NCBI GenBank assembly: GCA_001599295.1
Contig: BCGN01000002.1
Coordinates: 434,001 to 498,000, forward strand
Source of the DNA: Sporopachydermia quercuum
Taxonomy: Eukaryota
DNA: 64,000 nt
Direction of reading: 5' to 3'
Position numbers and translations under genes: made by a program. Of this stretch, positions 13,844-25,371 are shown in pieces. The notes under the pieces were generated by a model. That model was given only the letters and a program-made list of their open reading frames with translations, was not told where the DNA came from and searched no databases. Every line of letters starts with the position of its first letter. Within the stretch, counting starts at the first letter, position 1.

Positions 13844-13851
13844 TCACGTGA
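13844..13851. promoter_or_regulatory. Cbf1-type E-box upstream of RPL4
   Basis: TCACGTGA about 330 nt upstream of the RPL4 ATG. Cbf1 sites are typical of ribosomal protein promoters in non-Saccharomyces yeasts. Confidence 0.45.
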
Positions 13852-14177
13852 TACTCATAAGTTGTGGCTTCCTTCCCGTTTGGGGAATGAACGTCTCATT
13901 TTTCCTGAATTCGAAACAAGTTCCGCTTCAAAAATCGACGCAGTAGTTTTAATTTTCAGTAGCACCTACCCAATTCGATTTGTGTGTGAGTGGCAGAATT
14001 CCTAACCATCTACCAAGGATTCTCAGAAGGTTTGCACCACATCCTACTTTTCTGAAATATTGAATCATAGTTAAGCTGGTTTTACATACTTTCGTAAGTG
14101 TAATTTGCTGATAAAAATCGTTCAACAAAACTGGTTCATTATTTCAGCATCGAAAGGAATCATTAATCATATCAAAA

Positions 14178-15275
14178 ATGTCTGTTGCTAGACCTACTGT
14201 CACCGTTTTCGGTACCAACGGTAAGGCTTCTGAAGCCACTGTTGCTCTACCTGCTGTCTTTTCTGCTCCTATCAGAACTGATATTGTTCACTCCGTCTTC
14301 ACCAAGGTTAACAAGAACAAGAGACAAGCTTACGCTGTCTCCAAGCATGCCGGTGAACAAACCTCTGCTGAATCATGGGGTACTGGTAGAGCTGTTGCTC
14401 GTATCCCCCGTGTTGGAGGTGGTGGTACCCACAGATCCGGTCAAGCTGCTTTCGGTAACATGTGCCGTGGTGGTCGTATGTTTGCTCCTACCAAGACCTG
14501 GAGAAAATGGCACGTTAAGGTCAACCACAACGAAAAGAGATACGCAACTGTTTCCGCTATTGCTGCCTCTGCCGTTCCTTCTTTACTTTTAGCTAGAGGC
14601 CACAGAATTGAAACCCTTGCTGAAGTTCCTTTAGTTGTCGATAACAGCATTGAATCCATCACCAAGACCAAGGAAGCTATTGCTATCCTCAAGAGCCTCG
14701 GTGCCCACAGAGATGTCATCAAGGTCCTCAAATCCAAGAAGCTCAGAGCTGGTAAGGGTAAATTCAGAGGTAGAAGACACACTCAAAGAAAGGGACCTTT
14801 GGTTGTCTACGGAGAAGACAAGGGTATTGTTAAGGCTTTCAGAAACATTCCTGGTGTTGAAACCTCCAATGTTTCCGCCCTCAACTTATTGCAATTGGCT
14901 CCTGGTGCTCACGTTGGTAGATTCATCATCTGGACCGAATCTGCTATCGCTCAATTAGATTCTATCTATGGTTCCGAATCTACTGAATCTGTCAAGGTTG
15001 GTTACACTTTACCTACCAACATTGTTTCCAACGCTGATATCACTCGTCTCATCAACTCTGCTGAAGTTCAAGCTGTTGTTAGACCTGCTGGTCAAAAGAC
15101 TCAAAAGAGAACTCACGTCCTCAAGAAGAACCCATTGAAGAACAAGCAAGTTTTGTTGAGATTGAATCCTTACGCTAAGGTTTACGCCGAAAAGAAGTTG
15201 GGTTCAGCCAAGATTGAACAATCCAAGGCAAAACCTTCCAAGGGTTCTTTCCTTGAAACTTTGAAACAAGCTTAA
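14178..15275 (+). CDS. RPL4: 60S ribosomal protein L4 (uL4)
   Basis: [16 protein letters not shown] and [13 protein letters not shown] motifs, with strong high-expression codon bias. Confidence 0.98.
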   Translation: MSVARPTVTVFGTNGKASEATVALPAVFSAPIRTDIVHSVFTKVNKNKRQAYAVSKHAGEQTSAESWGTGRAVARIPRVGGGGTHRSGQAAFGNMCRGGRMFAPTKTWRKWHVKVNHNEKRYATVSAIAASAVPSLLLARGHRIETLAEVPLVVDNSIESITKTKEAIAILKSLGAHRDVIKVLKSKKLRAGKGKFRGRRHTQRKGPLVVYGEDKGIVKAFRNIPGVETSNVSALNLLQLAPGAHVGRFIIWTESAIAQLDSIYGSESTESVKVGYTLPTNIVSNADITRLINSAEVQAVVRPAGQKTQKRTHVLKKNPLKNKQVLLRLNPYAKVYAEKKLGSAKIEQSKAKPSKGSFLETLKQA

Positions 15276-15679
15276 ATGTATTTTTGTAAATCAAAGAAAT
15301 AATACTTCTAATATTTTTTTCATACTGCTTTAAATGTTAATGTAGATATATATTGTTATAAGCTCGATGGAACATATTATCAATATGTTGATTTTAAGGG
15401 TTTTAAAACTGAAGATATATCACAGAAAAGAGAACGGTAAATGCTACTTGCGTCGCCTATGCGTAGCACCTTAGGATAAAGTGTCATTAGGTGAATCCAC
15501 TGAAAAGGAATTAACTTAGACAAAACGCTTTACGTTTCTCTCTACAGTTGTTTTGTTTTGAGTNAAATTTGATTGAAAAATAGTTCCCTATTATACAAAT
15601 TAATAGTAAATAGTTGTATATGACCGATTACTAAAATGAAAATTATATTTATGTTTATGATTATTACCTAAAAATTGCT

Positions 15680-16729
15680 TTATCTCATAGCATAATGATA
15701 TGAACCTTCTGTTGCATATGATGATTCACTGGGGTACTTCTTAAGAGCCTTCCATTTCACATCAATATCTAAATGTCTGGGATTTGACTCGGCAGGTTTA
15801 CAAGAAATAGTTCCTTCTATAACATCGTCTTGTCTAGCGTCAATATCTTCTTCTAAATAAAAAATTGTTTGCTTCCAATGAGTATAAGGTGCATGTGGTC
15901 CTGTTGAAAACTTAACCTTAGTACATGTTCTTTTATCATCAGCATTCTTAGGAACTGGTTCGAAGTCTGTATCGAACCAAACAACAAGTCCATGTACTAT
16001 ATCATCTCTTGTTAATTTAATATTGAAGTCTGAAGTGAAAGCAAGATCTTCAACCTTGATGGTATAGAGATCAAGGTCAAATATCTTGCAAGCTGTAGAA
16101 ACAACTGATTTATATTCAACGGTATCAACCAATGGTTCAGCCATAGCAATTGGAATAAATGGTGAATAATCAAATCCGTAAACATCTTCCCAGAAGTAAA
16201 TTTTTTCAGCTTTGTAACTACCATCTTCAATTGCAGCTACATGCATTGTCAGATTATTGGGGAAGATCAATCCATCTTCAACCAAGTATCTATCTCTAGC
16301 ATATAGAACAGTATCAAGCATAGATTCATAAAGTAAGAAATATCCCATCCATTCACTGATAATAATGTCAACTTTATCATACGGCAAAACAACCTCTTCC
16401 ATTTTACCTCTCAATAGCGTGATTTTATTAGATAAACCATTAATATCAACTATCTTTGTTGCCATATCGATGATATTTGACATATCAACAGAGATGACAT
16501 GTTTAGCACCTGCTTTAGCTGCAAACATTGACAGAATACCAGTACCACAACCAACATCCAAAACAACTTTATCTTTGAACAAATGTCTGTTTTTTATGAT
16601 AGCGTTTCTGTATGATAACGTACGAACTTGATCTTTTAGCATTTCTTCGTGGATACCAAAATGATCATAGGATTCAAAGTAATGTTTATCCGATGAGGAT
16701 AACTCCTTCTTCTGTTCAGCTTCACTCAT
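15680..16729 (-). CDS. HMT1: Type I protein arginine methyltransferase Hmt1
   Basis: YFESYDHFGIHEEMLKD, VLDVGCGTGILS, SEWMGY and THW loop. The first ATG is at 16729; the ORF track starts at a non-ATG codon. Confidence 0.96.
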   Translation of the reverse strand: MSEAEQKKELSSSDKHYFESYDHFGIHEEMLKDQVRTLSYRNAIIKNRHLFKDKVVLDVGCGTGILSMFAAKAGAKHVISVDMSNIIDMATKIVDINGLSNKITLLRGKMEEVVLPYDKVDIIISEWMGYFLLYESMLDTVLYARDRYLVEDGLIFPNNLTMHVAAIEDGSYKAEKIYFWEDVYGFDYSPFIPIAMAEPLVDTVEYKSVVSTACKIFDLDLYTIKVEDLAFTSDFNIKLTRDDIVHGLVVWFDTDFEPVPKNADDKRTCTKVKFSTGPHAPYTHWKQTIFYLEEDIDARQDDVIEGTISCKPAESNPRHLDIDVKWKALKKYPSESSYATEGSYHYAMR

Positions 16730-19700
16730 TGTTGCTATTATGCTGAGATGTAGCTGCTTCAAGTGTATGTATATTTATCCTTCTAAGGAGAAAACAGAAA
16801 TCAATTAAATCTTCAATATGCAAGACAGTGAAATGCTTCAAAACAAATTTTATGCTAATAAATCCCAACAGATGCTAGTTCCACTCTCAGATATGTAAAT
16901 TGTATTGTTATCACTTGATTCTCACCAGCAAATCAACAAGTCACAATGCTTTTAGTATGCTATTACTTGTAGAAATTCCTGAGGTATGCAAAATATCCTC
17001 CAGATTAAAATATTATAATACAGCTATTAAGATTACTAAGATTACTCAACTCTTGGTTCTTTGCTCACTTGGTTAAAATACAGGTTGATTGATAAGCCCA
17101 TAAATGAGAACTGAAAATGTTCTAACAATATGAAATTTTTTTTTATGTGGGAGTTGTCAAATCCAGAGGAAAACGTAGTTGAAATGAGACATGATGTGAG
17201 GATCGCATGTAGGGATACGTGAGGTGTTGTAATAGATGAGAGGAGATGGATACGGAAATGATGAAGCTTAGCTGATTGAATGTGAACTCATTTTGGTAGA
17301 ATAGAAGAACTGCTTCTGCGAAGAAAGATTTGTCCTAATTTTAATAGTTTGAATGTATTTAAGGTACATTGTTCTGTAATCTAGGAAAGTATTGAGAGCC
17401 AGCCGTAGAATCTGTTGTCAAGTATATTAATGTCTCCAGTGAGCCCAACTTATTCCTCAGGTTGTCTCATTTCCCGTGTGCTAACTACTAAATGTCTCCA
17501 GCGACAAAAAAGTTCACTGATTTGCTTAATGCTCCTGGATACTATTGTATTTGACTCTTCAAACAGTTGCACCTTATCTTTAATTCTAGAAGACTTATGG
17601 TTGATAAAGCTATAGTTTTGGAAAATTAACTTACTTTTTCGCTACATGCTGTTCAACGGCTTAACAATGGATGCATCTCATCTTAAAAAAGGTAAATGAA
17701 TGGTTTTGCTGGTCCTATGCGAGCACTGAAAATAAAGCATGAAGAACAAACCAATACTTGCAAGAAAAGAAATTACACGAGGGACTTGAAAGTAAATTAT
17801 CTAGTAATTAGTTAAATTGTAAGAGGTGTTTGATAAGAGGTTCCTTTACAATTGCTACCCAAGAAGGATTGTACAAGGCCCAGACTCCATCTACACATAG
17901 GCATGCAAGTCTCTACAAAGCCCAAGTAAACTACAACTTTATCTCGGCTCCAAGAATGCGGGGAAATCTCTTGTCTTGGAAACAGAGAGCGGATTTTATT
18001 CTATTGAAGAATGTGAGTTTTCACAAGCAGCTTTACTGATTGTTGATTGAGTAGCAATTAAATGGTAAATTTTGAGTATAATTTCATTGGTTCGTATAGA
18101 TTCTTTTGTTTTAGTCTGTTTAACTCATATAAATATTCTATTCTCTTACCTCAAATCATAATCATCATCATACCAAGATCTGAGTTTTTCACTCGCCGTC
18201 ATACAATGAGTAAGAATTAGTATCAATATTGAACTAAGGTAATCTTTTTTTTTTCCAATATAGTTCATTATAGTATTGTCTTAGAATAATAGTTCCTAAA
18301 ATCAAGTTATCTATGAACCTCAAGAATTATGCAGAAGAATTATTAGAATCAGAATTCTGTTCTCTTGTCTTCTTACCTGTTTTATCTCTAATTCCTAGTT
18401 GAGTAATTGAANAAGTCATTTTAAGATAATACGCGGGGAATATCTGGAGCAATGGAGGTTGAGCTATGAGTTCTCAATTTGCTGTAAATCTAAAAGATGT
18501 TTCATATTATTGAAATAAATATAATAATAAAATCTAAGGATGTTGATTTTTTATGTATTTGTAGCTATGCTATATACTTTCCAAATAGATTTGAATTAAT
18601 AACAAAAAACATCTACTGAAGGTTTGAAGATATCCATAAAAATAAGCTCAAACGTTAACCCTCAGCTTCGACCATTAATCACTACTCTAGTAAACTTAAT
18701 TAATAACCCATGAGAGCATCTCAATATGCTACCAATAAGTAACAACTTGAGATAGCGCTCTCAATTACAGATAACCTCCAGATATTCATCTATGATACTA
18801 ACATAGTAATATTCAAAAAGAAAGAAAGGTTAACTTACTAACTTCTCATCCTCAGTACTTGAGAGCTTTGTCAATCTCATCAGATCCTATCTCTCACTCC
18901 AATCTGCGTCCTTGCTGCACTTCAATGTCCCTACTTAACCTAATTTTAAACCTTATTTAAACTTTAGTTTTAATGCATGATTATACATCATTTTCAACCT
19001 AAATGTCATTTTCGTCATAACCCATTTCACGAAGCGAAATGACTTTCTCCAGATTTTCTCATTTCCTCTCTTTAATTTATTTCCTCTCTTCATTTCCTGT
19101 GTTTATTCTGAATCAATAACAGAAGGATGAATACAATGGTTTTCAATGATTATATAACCTATTTTTGGTGAGATATATTTTAAATATTTTGTATGAATAG
19201 CTTTCTATTTGTTAGTCGTTCATATTAAAACAGATACTGTATATGTAGGTAGGTAGTGTGAGGTGTGGAAGAAGAGCTAGCTGATCACAGGTATCAATTA
19301 CTGGCAGATGAAAGAACAGGGAATAATGTCATTAGGAAAAAAATAAGCATAAGGAATAGGAAGCTAATAGGTGAAAGATCAAATTAATGGCATTATCGAA
19401 AGAAAGAAAAAAGAAAAAAGCTGACTTGAACTGAATGAAAAGAAGCGTATAAACTTGATAGCAGTATTGCATTGTATTCTGTCGATTTCATTTGATCACT
19501 TGACTGGCCTCAGGTGTCATAACTATTTATTCCAACATTTGACGTAAAATATTCTACGTTTGAAGACTAGGACCAAAAACTTTTAAAGCTGAATATTCAA
19601 ATAGTATTCACAGCTCTGAAAAAATAAGAACAGGTGTTGATTTTATTGCTCTTCTCTCTACTCACAATCTCATGCTTTAAACTTGTGCCAGAGAATACTG

Positions 19701-19851
19701 AGTTTTGTCTGCAAGCATCGCTTTAGATTATCTTTGATTGGATGTAACATAACATAGGTTAGTTTTGAAATAAATAAATCTACAAGGAGCTCGCTGGCCA
19801 AATGAATGGTTTTATTTGTTAACTCTTGAAGTGAATGTTAATATCATAAAA

Positions 19852-22293
19852 ATGGCGAGCGATTTTACGAAACTATACGAAAACAATGAAAGAGGTATTG
19901 AAGAATGTGAAAAATTCAATTCTAGTGCTACTAGGACTAGTAGTGGTATCAACACTGTGAATACTTCTAATAGTCTCAATGCTAACCCNGGTGCTTCTAG
20001 CGACCACAGGGCTACATTAGCACCAATAATTCCTCGTTTTACACCTGGAGAGCCATTTGATGATAATACTTCGAAACAGGCAAATCGAATCAATGAAATT
20101 ATCACATCAAATGCTAATACAAATACTGTCTTGAACAACAGCAATAATTTGACAAGCTCCAGTAAACATATGCCTGTTCTTTTATCTCAAAGAAGAATAT
20201 CTATACAGAAACCGAGGAAAAAGAAAGCTTCCAGAGCATGTGGTCATTGTCAGAAGGCACATATGACTTGTGACGATGGAAGACCTTGTCAAAGCTGTAT
20301 CAGAAAAGGGCTTCAAAGTTCATGTCGTGATGGTAGAAGGAAAGTAGCCAAGTATTTAATGGAAGCTGACAATGACAGTAAAACCAATGACATTACCTAT
20401 GCCAACGATACTAATGGTACCACTAGTACTGCTGGCAATGCAACTAGTACTAAGGTTAGCGATACTGTATCATTAGAAGGAGTACTGCCCCAACAGGAGT
20501 TCATCAGTGTTCGCAATGTTATAAATAACCATCAAACTCATCATGCTCATAACCAGGGCGATAGTAATTATCAGATAGAGGTGAAAACTGAACCTCAGTT
20601 TATATTAGAATCAGGTTCTAGTCCAAGTTCTAGATTCAACTTGGGTACTGATGATAATGATAATAGAAATCATCGAAATAATAACAATAGTATTCATATG
20701 TTCCATAGCATCAGCTATTCTGAACCTCGGAGAACGGATGAAACTGAGCAATTCAGTATATTGTCGCATTCTAATCTGCATGCAAATTCACATTCCAATC
20801 CACGTACACATTCAAATATGAATAATCCTTACCCATCACCAAGTACTTCAACATATTCAACAGGAACCATACAATTACCTGGATCGCTATCTGATACATC
20901 AGCAGATCATATCCAGAATCAAATACAAGAGTCTTTCCGTAATCTAGATCACAGTTTAAANCAGCATAGTCATCTTCTACAAAAGCAATTCAATCAGCAT
21001 CAAAATTACTCATCTAATGACAATAACTCATTGGGAACACTAGACGTTTCTGATGACAGAGGCAACTTTGGATCTGTTTCTGCTAATATGGAATATGACA
21101 TATTATCTAATATCCTGTCAGCAGATTTATTAGGTCAGCATTCACCTTTATCTGATCAGCAGTCAATAATATCTAATCAGGGCTCATATAATGGTTCACA
21201 AGTGGTACCTGGAGTTTCATTATCAGAACAGACGTATAAAGATGAACTCGAGTTTAATCTTCATCTCGATCAGCAACCATTAGATCTTGAAAGCAGGAGT
21301 AATATCGTTCATGATGACAGGCAATTCAATCCAATAGAGTCTAATACGGATTTACTAGATATGCCTATTCCCAATCCTGATGAACAAGTTAGTTCTGTCA
21401 ACAATTCTGGCCATAATACTAGTAATAACAATAATGGTATCACTAACAGTAAATCTAATAACAACAACAACACCAACACTTTCAATATGAGTCCGGCATC
21501 TGGCTATAGAACACCAAATTTGTATGACAAACCTATCAAAACACCTGAGGATGTGTACTCTAAGGTAACCACAGCCCATTCTTACACGTTTGCTTATCAT
21601 CGTCTTATAACGTATCTTAGAGCGAGATTCAGTCGTAAAGAACTATTAACAATTGCTGAATTAATGGCAAGTTATCGTCCGTCGTTCATTGCTGCTACTA
21701 AAACATTGCAAAAAGAAGATCTAGTATTCATGGAAAAATGTTTCCAGAGAACTCTTCTAGAATATGAAAAGTACATTCAGTATTCAGCCACTCCTACTAT
21801 ACTATGGAGACGAACAGGTGAAATAGCAGCTGTAGGTAAAGAGTTCTATATGCTTACAGGATGGACCAGAGCGGATTTGCTTGGCGTTGATGGTAACGAG
21901 CCAAGGTTTATAGTTGAGTTAATGGATGATTCTAGTACTATAGATTATTTCAGAGTGTTTTCTGATATGGCGTTTGGTGATTCTAAAGGTGCAACCATGA
22001 CAGAGTGTGTTTTATTGACTCCAGAAGCAGTTAAAAGAAATGTGGAAGCACGGCGAAGAAATTCAACTGGTGTATCTATTGGAAAAGTGTGGAATAAAAG
22101 AAAGAGAGATTATGAAGGTACTGATAATAATAATAATGTCAATAATGTTAATGTTAGTAGTATTAAAACTATTGGTAATAGTGATGGATTATTTGATGAT
22201 GGTAAACTAAGAACTGCATGTATCTGGACTGTTAAAAGAGATGTGTTCGATATTCCTATGATGATAGTTGGTAATTTTCTCCCTATGTGGTAG
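19852..22293 (+). CDS. ERT1: Zn(II)2Cys6 transcription factor of the Ert1/AcuK family with C-terminal PAS domain
   Basis: [22 protein letters not shown]...[12 protein letters not shown], plus [20 protein letters not shown] and [20 protein letters not shown]. The start codon is uncertain. Confidence 0.85.
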   Translation: MASDFTKLYENNERGIEECEKFNSSATRTSSGINTVNTSNSLNANXGASSDHRATLAPIIPRFTPGEPFDDNTSKQANRINEIITSNANTNTVLNNSNNLTSSSKHMPVLLSQRRISIQKPRKKKASRACGHCQKAHMTCDDGRPCQSCIRKGLQSSCRDGRRKVAKYLMEADNDSKTNDITYANDTNGTTSTAGNATSTKVSDTVSLEGVLPQQEFISVRNVINNHQTHHAHNQGDSNYQIEVKTEPQFILESGSSPSSRFNLGTDDNDNRNHRNNNNSIHMFHSISYSEPRRTDETEQFSILSHSNLHANSHSNPRTHSNMNNPYPSPSTSTYSTGTIQLPGSLSDTSADHIQNQIQESFRNLDHSLXQHSHLLQKQFNQHQNYSSNDNNSLGTLDVSDDRGNFGSVSANMEYDILSNILSADLLGQHSPLSDQQSIISNQGSYNGSQVVPGVSLSEQTYKDELEFNLHLDQQPLDLESRSNIVHDDRQFNPIESNTDLLDMPIPNPDEQVSSVNNSGHNTSNNNNGITNSKSNNNNNTNTFNMSPASGYRTPNLYDKPIKTPEDVYSKVTTAHSYTFAYHRLITYLRARFSRKELLTIAELMASYRPSFIAATKTLQKEDLVFMEKCFQRTLLEYEKYIQYSATPTILWRRTGEIAAVGKEFYMLTGWTRADLLGVDGNEPRFIVELMDDSSTIDYFRVFSDMAFGDSKGATMTECVLLTPEAVKRNVEARRRNSTGVSIGKVWNKRKRDYEGTDNNNNVNNVNVSSIKTIGNSDGLFDDGKLRTACIWTVKRDVFDIPMMIVGNFLPMW

Positions 22294-22735
22294 TTTTTTA
22301 CTAGCGGATGGAATGAAAATAATAATAAAAAAAAATATTTATATTTGTCTGAAGAATGAATGAACTTAGAAAATACAATGATTTGGTTGAACTACTAATT
22401 GAAGTAGGAATGGGAATAGGAATAGGAATTAGGTACTAAAGTCTGTAGCTTGGACAGGAACTAAGGATAAACTATTACACATGAAACCATGGTACGTTAT
22501 AGTTATTTATGAAGATAATGATAATGATGTAATATATATGCATATGTTAATATAGGGCCTGATCCGTAGTTTTTTAGATAGAAGATAGTATACTGTGAGA
22601 TAGCATCTTTACGGTAATGTTACTTTGCTTCAAAAAAAACTGAGTGTTCGAACATAAGCACTTTATGTTCATTAAATAGACTTCAGCCCTTCATCCATAA
22701 TATGACACCGTATGATTATTTGTCACCAACTATCC

Positions 22736-24610
22736 TTATAAAGATGGCATTGAAAGCAATCTANCAAAATCCTCAGCTTCATCATCTACTACTTCTAAAT
22801 CTTGAACTCTTGTCCACGAACTATTTAAATGTTTGCTCGTCAATTTATCTTTACTCTTAACATTGCTCTTGCTCTTATCCTTGTTATTTTTATCACTGCT
22901 ATTGTTGTTTTTGTTCTTGTTCTTGTCCTTTTTATCACTCTTAGGTCCTTCCTTGGGGGCTCCATCACTACCATCCATATCTTTACCGCTTTCCTCCTGT
23001 TCAGCATTTTCATCCTTTTTAACATACACAGGTTTGATCAGACCTTGATGGCTGGTACGAGGATCCCAATAACGTTTATAATGTTCTTCCATTTCTTTTT
23101 TCTGTTGTTTCTTCAGTTCCTTCTTTATGGCTTTTACATCTTCTATGTGCTCTTTCGTCTCTGAATCAACTAATCCATTATCACCAGCAAGCTCTCCTAT
23201 TTCATCATCATCGCCTTCTATTTGATCGTAGTCATCAGGAATTAAAGATTTCTCTCTATTGGTCTCATCCTGCAAACTCACTTTACCGTTACTGCCGATT
23301 GATATGCTAACCACGTTTTGAGCTCTTCCAGACGCAGCGGCCTTAGCTTCTTCCATTTTCCTTAATAATCTCTGTTGCTTTTTCAGTTGTAATGCTTTCT
23401 CCAGCGCTGATGCCCATGGATTGACATTTCCATCAGTTGGCAAGTCGAAATCGCCTACTTGATCAATAATTCTTGTTCTCTGGGTTGATGTCTCTTGAAA
23501 GTGTAATAAGTTATTGAGTCTTTTCTTTGCTTCTTCTAAATCTGGGTCAGAGTCCTTGTTTTGGGAAATCAACGACTCTTTTTCAGCTTGCTCGATTTGC
23601 CTTTCCAGTTCTTTGTTCTCAGCAGCTTCTTTCTCTTGTTGTTCTTTATCCTTCTGGTTCTTTGCTGTCACTCTCTCCATTTTTTTAATAGCTTTTTCAG
23701 CTTCCTTGAACGAATTGATTCCGGTATTTCCAAGAGAGAATTTGATTACATCCTTTTTCTTTCTCTGTTGAGAGCTAATTGGGTTCTCTTTCTGTTTGTT
23801 TATATGATTAGAACTCGAAGTGTCTGTTGGTTTGACTCCATCCAATTCATCTCTTTCCTTGTCTAAGATGGTTTTGATACTGTTTTTGTCACTATCCGAA
23901 ATCAGAGGCATTCCGCAGAAGGAACAAGGCCATAGACCTTCTTTGATGCATATTATTTTCCCACAGTTTAAACAGTTGGGAGCCAGCTTTTGTAGAGGGT
24001 GTCTTGTAGCATTGCAATTGCAAGAAACTCTTTCAGTTTCATTAAGGGGGACATCATTATTCTCTATTTCTTTGATTGCGCTTTCTAGNTCTTGCAAAGA
24101 TGTAAGTTTCCTTGATTTCTTGGCGTCTTTTGCTGATGATGACGATGGCAGTGGCATTTTACTGCTGGCCAGTAGGTCTGATGTATTGATGCCTGATTTA
24201 TTAGAAGCCAGTCGGGGTTTGGTAACAATGATACTGTTTTTAGGAACTATTCCCTTAGGTATATTCCATGGTTTCTTGGTAGAGGTAATTTGTTGTGCTG
24301 GTTGATTTTTTAATGATGATTTTTGCTCACCATTTGATTTACTTCCGGTTTTATTGACACTGGTGGTAGACATGGNCTTAGGTGACTTTGATGATGATGA
24401 CGATGAAGCCCTTATGGTGTTCAAGTCAGATATGAATGTCAGAGCTTCTTTGTCGGTACCAAGAAACTGCTGCAGGTGAGCCGTTGATTCTTTAGGAGAA
24501 AGGGTCAGAGTGTATTCTATGATTTGATTGATGGAGTCATCGTCTAAGGGTATTGATTTTGGGAAGTTTCTTAATGCAAACTCTTTGACAAGTTTGAGGT
24601 TTGAAGACAT
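22736..24610 (-). CDS. RQT4: C2HC5 zinc-finger protein (ASC-1/TRIP4 family, ribosome quality control trigger subunit)
   Basis: CNCNATRHPL...NCLNCGKIICIKEGLWPCSFCG, followed by RTRIIDQVGDF and NPWASALEKALQLKKQQR. Confidence 0.88.
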   Translation of the reverse strand: MSSNLKLVKEFALRNFPKSIPLDDDSINQIIEYTLTLSPKESTAHLQQFLGTDKEALTFISDLNTIRASSSSSSKSPKXMSTTSVNKTGSKSNGEQKSSLKNQPAQQITSTKKPWNIPKGIVPKNSIIVTKPRLASNKSGINTSDLLASSKMPLPSSSSAKDAKKSRKLTSLQXLESAIKEIENNDVPLNETERVSCNCNATRHPLQKLAPNCLNCGKIICIKEGLWPCSFCGMPLISDSDKNSIKTILDKERDELDGVKPTDTSSSNHINKQKENPISSQQRKKKDVIKFSLGNTGINSFKEAEKAIKKMERVTAKNQKDKEQQEKEAAENKELERQIEQAEKESLISQNKDSDPDLEEAKKRLNNLLHFQETSTQRTRIIDQVGDFDLPTDGNVNPWASALEKALQLKKQQRLLRKMEEAKAAASGRAQNVVSISIGSNGKVSLQDETNREKSLIPDDYDQIEGDDDEIGELAGDNGLVDSETKEHIEDVKAIKKELKKQQKKEMEEHYKRYWDPRTSHQGLIKPVYVKKDENAEQEESGKDMDGSDGAPKEGPKSDKKDKNKNKNNNSSDKNNKDKSKSNVKSKDKLTSKHLNSSWTRVQDLEVVDDEAEDFXRLLSMPSL

Positions 24611-25371
24611 TATTATGTACGATATTCCTTTTCTAATAGGTGGGAGGAGTCGGATGAGTGAATCGTTACGGTCGTTCAGACTTGTAGTCTATTTTTGAAG
24701 AATTGTTTCGTAGCCACCCTGGATGAATGGTCTACGTCTGCTGTCTCTGTAGTACTCTACTACGAAAATTCGATGCATTCGTTTCAGTGGTTGAAGAAAA
24801 ATAAAAAGGTCGATAGCAAGGATAGAACCGAAGGTTGATAAAATAGTAGACTATTGAGAATAAGACTGATTTATCTATGTATCCTACGTATCCTACCAAT
24901 CCTGCTCCGTTTACTCTTGTGATAATTCCTCGCTCTCATTCACTCTCACCCTCAATCAATAAATCATGTTCATATGCAATGATTATTTCACCAGCAACGG
25001 GTCCGGTGGCGCAAGGAAGCGGTTGTGAAAACATGTGCCACAATTATGCATGTCACATGCAGGATTGAATATTAGATCCGGTTTCAGTAAAATGTGGCAA
25101 AGATCACACGAACACCCCCCAAAGTGNTACAAACATATACAAAACATCGCATTTGCTTTTGCTTGTTAACTAACTATTTGACCGTCATTTTACCTTCTCC
25201 GTCTTTGCTACTTGTGTATGGTTAACTGAAGTTGATGCTACTACANGGCGATATTAACTGACGGGAAGTACATCGATGAAGGACGATACTACGATTCTAC
25301 GGTGTGTCTAGAAAGCAAGTTGATATTACTGTAGACGATTTAATACCTGGGTTCTGAACCCATATTATAGG

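Noticed and set aside
14094..14147. GTAAGT...CAG in the RPL4 leader
   Set aside because: Only about 54 nt with no good branch motif, shorter than every other intron here.
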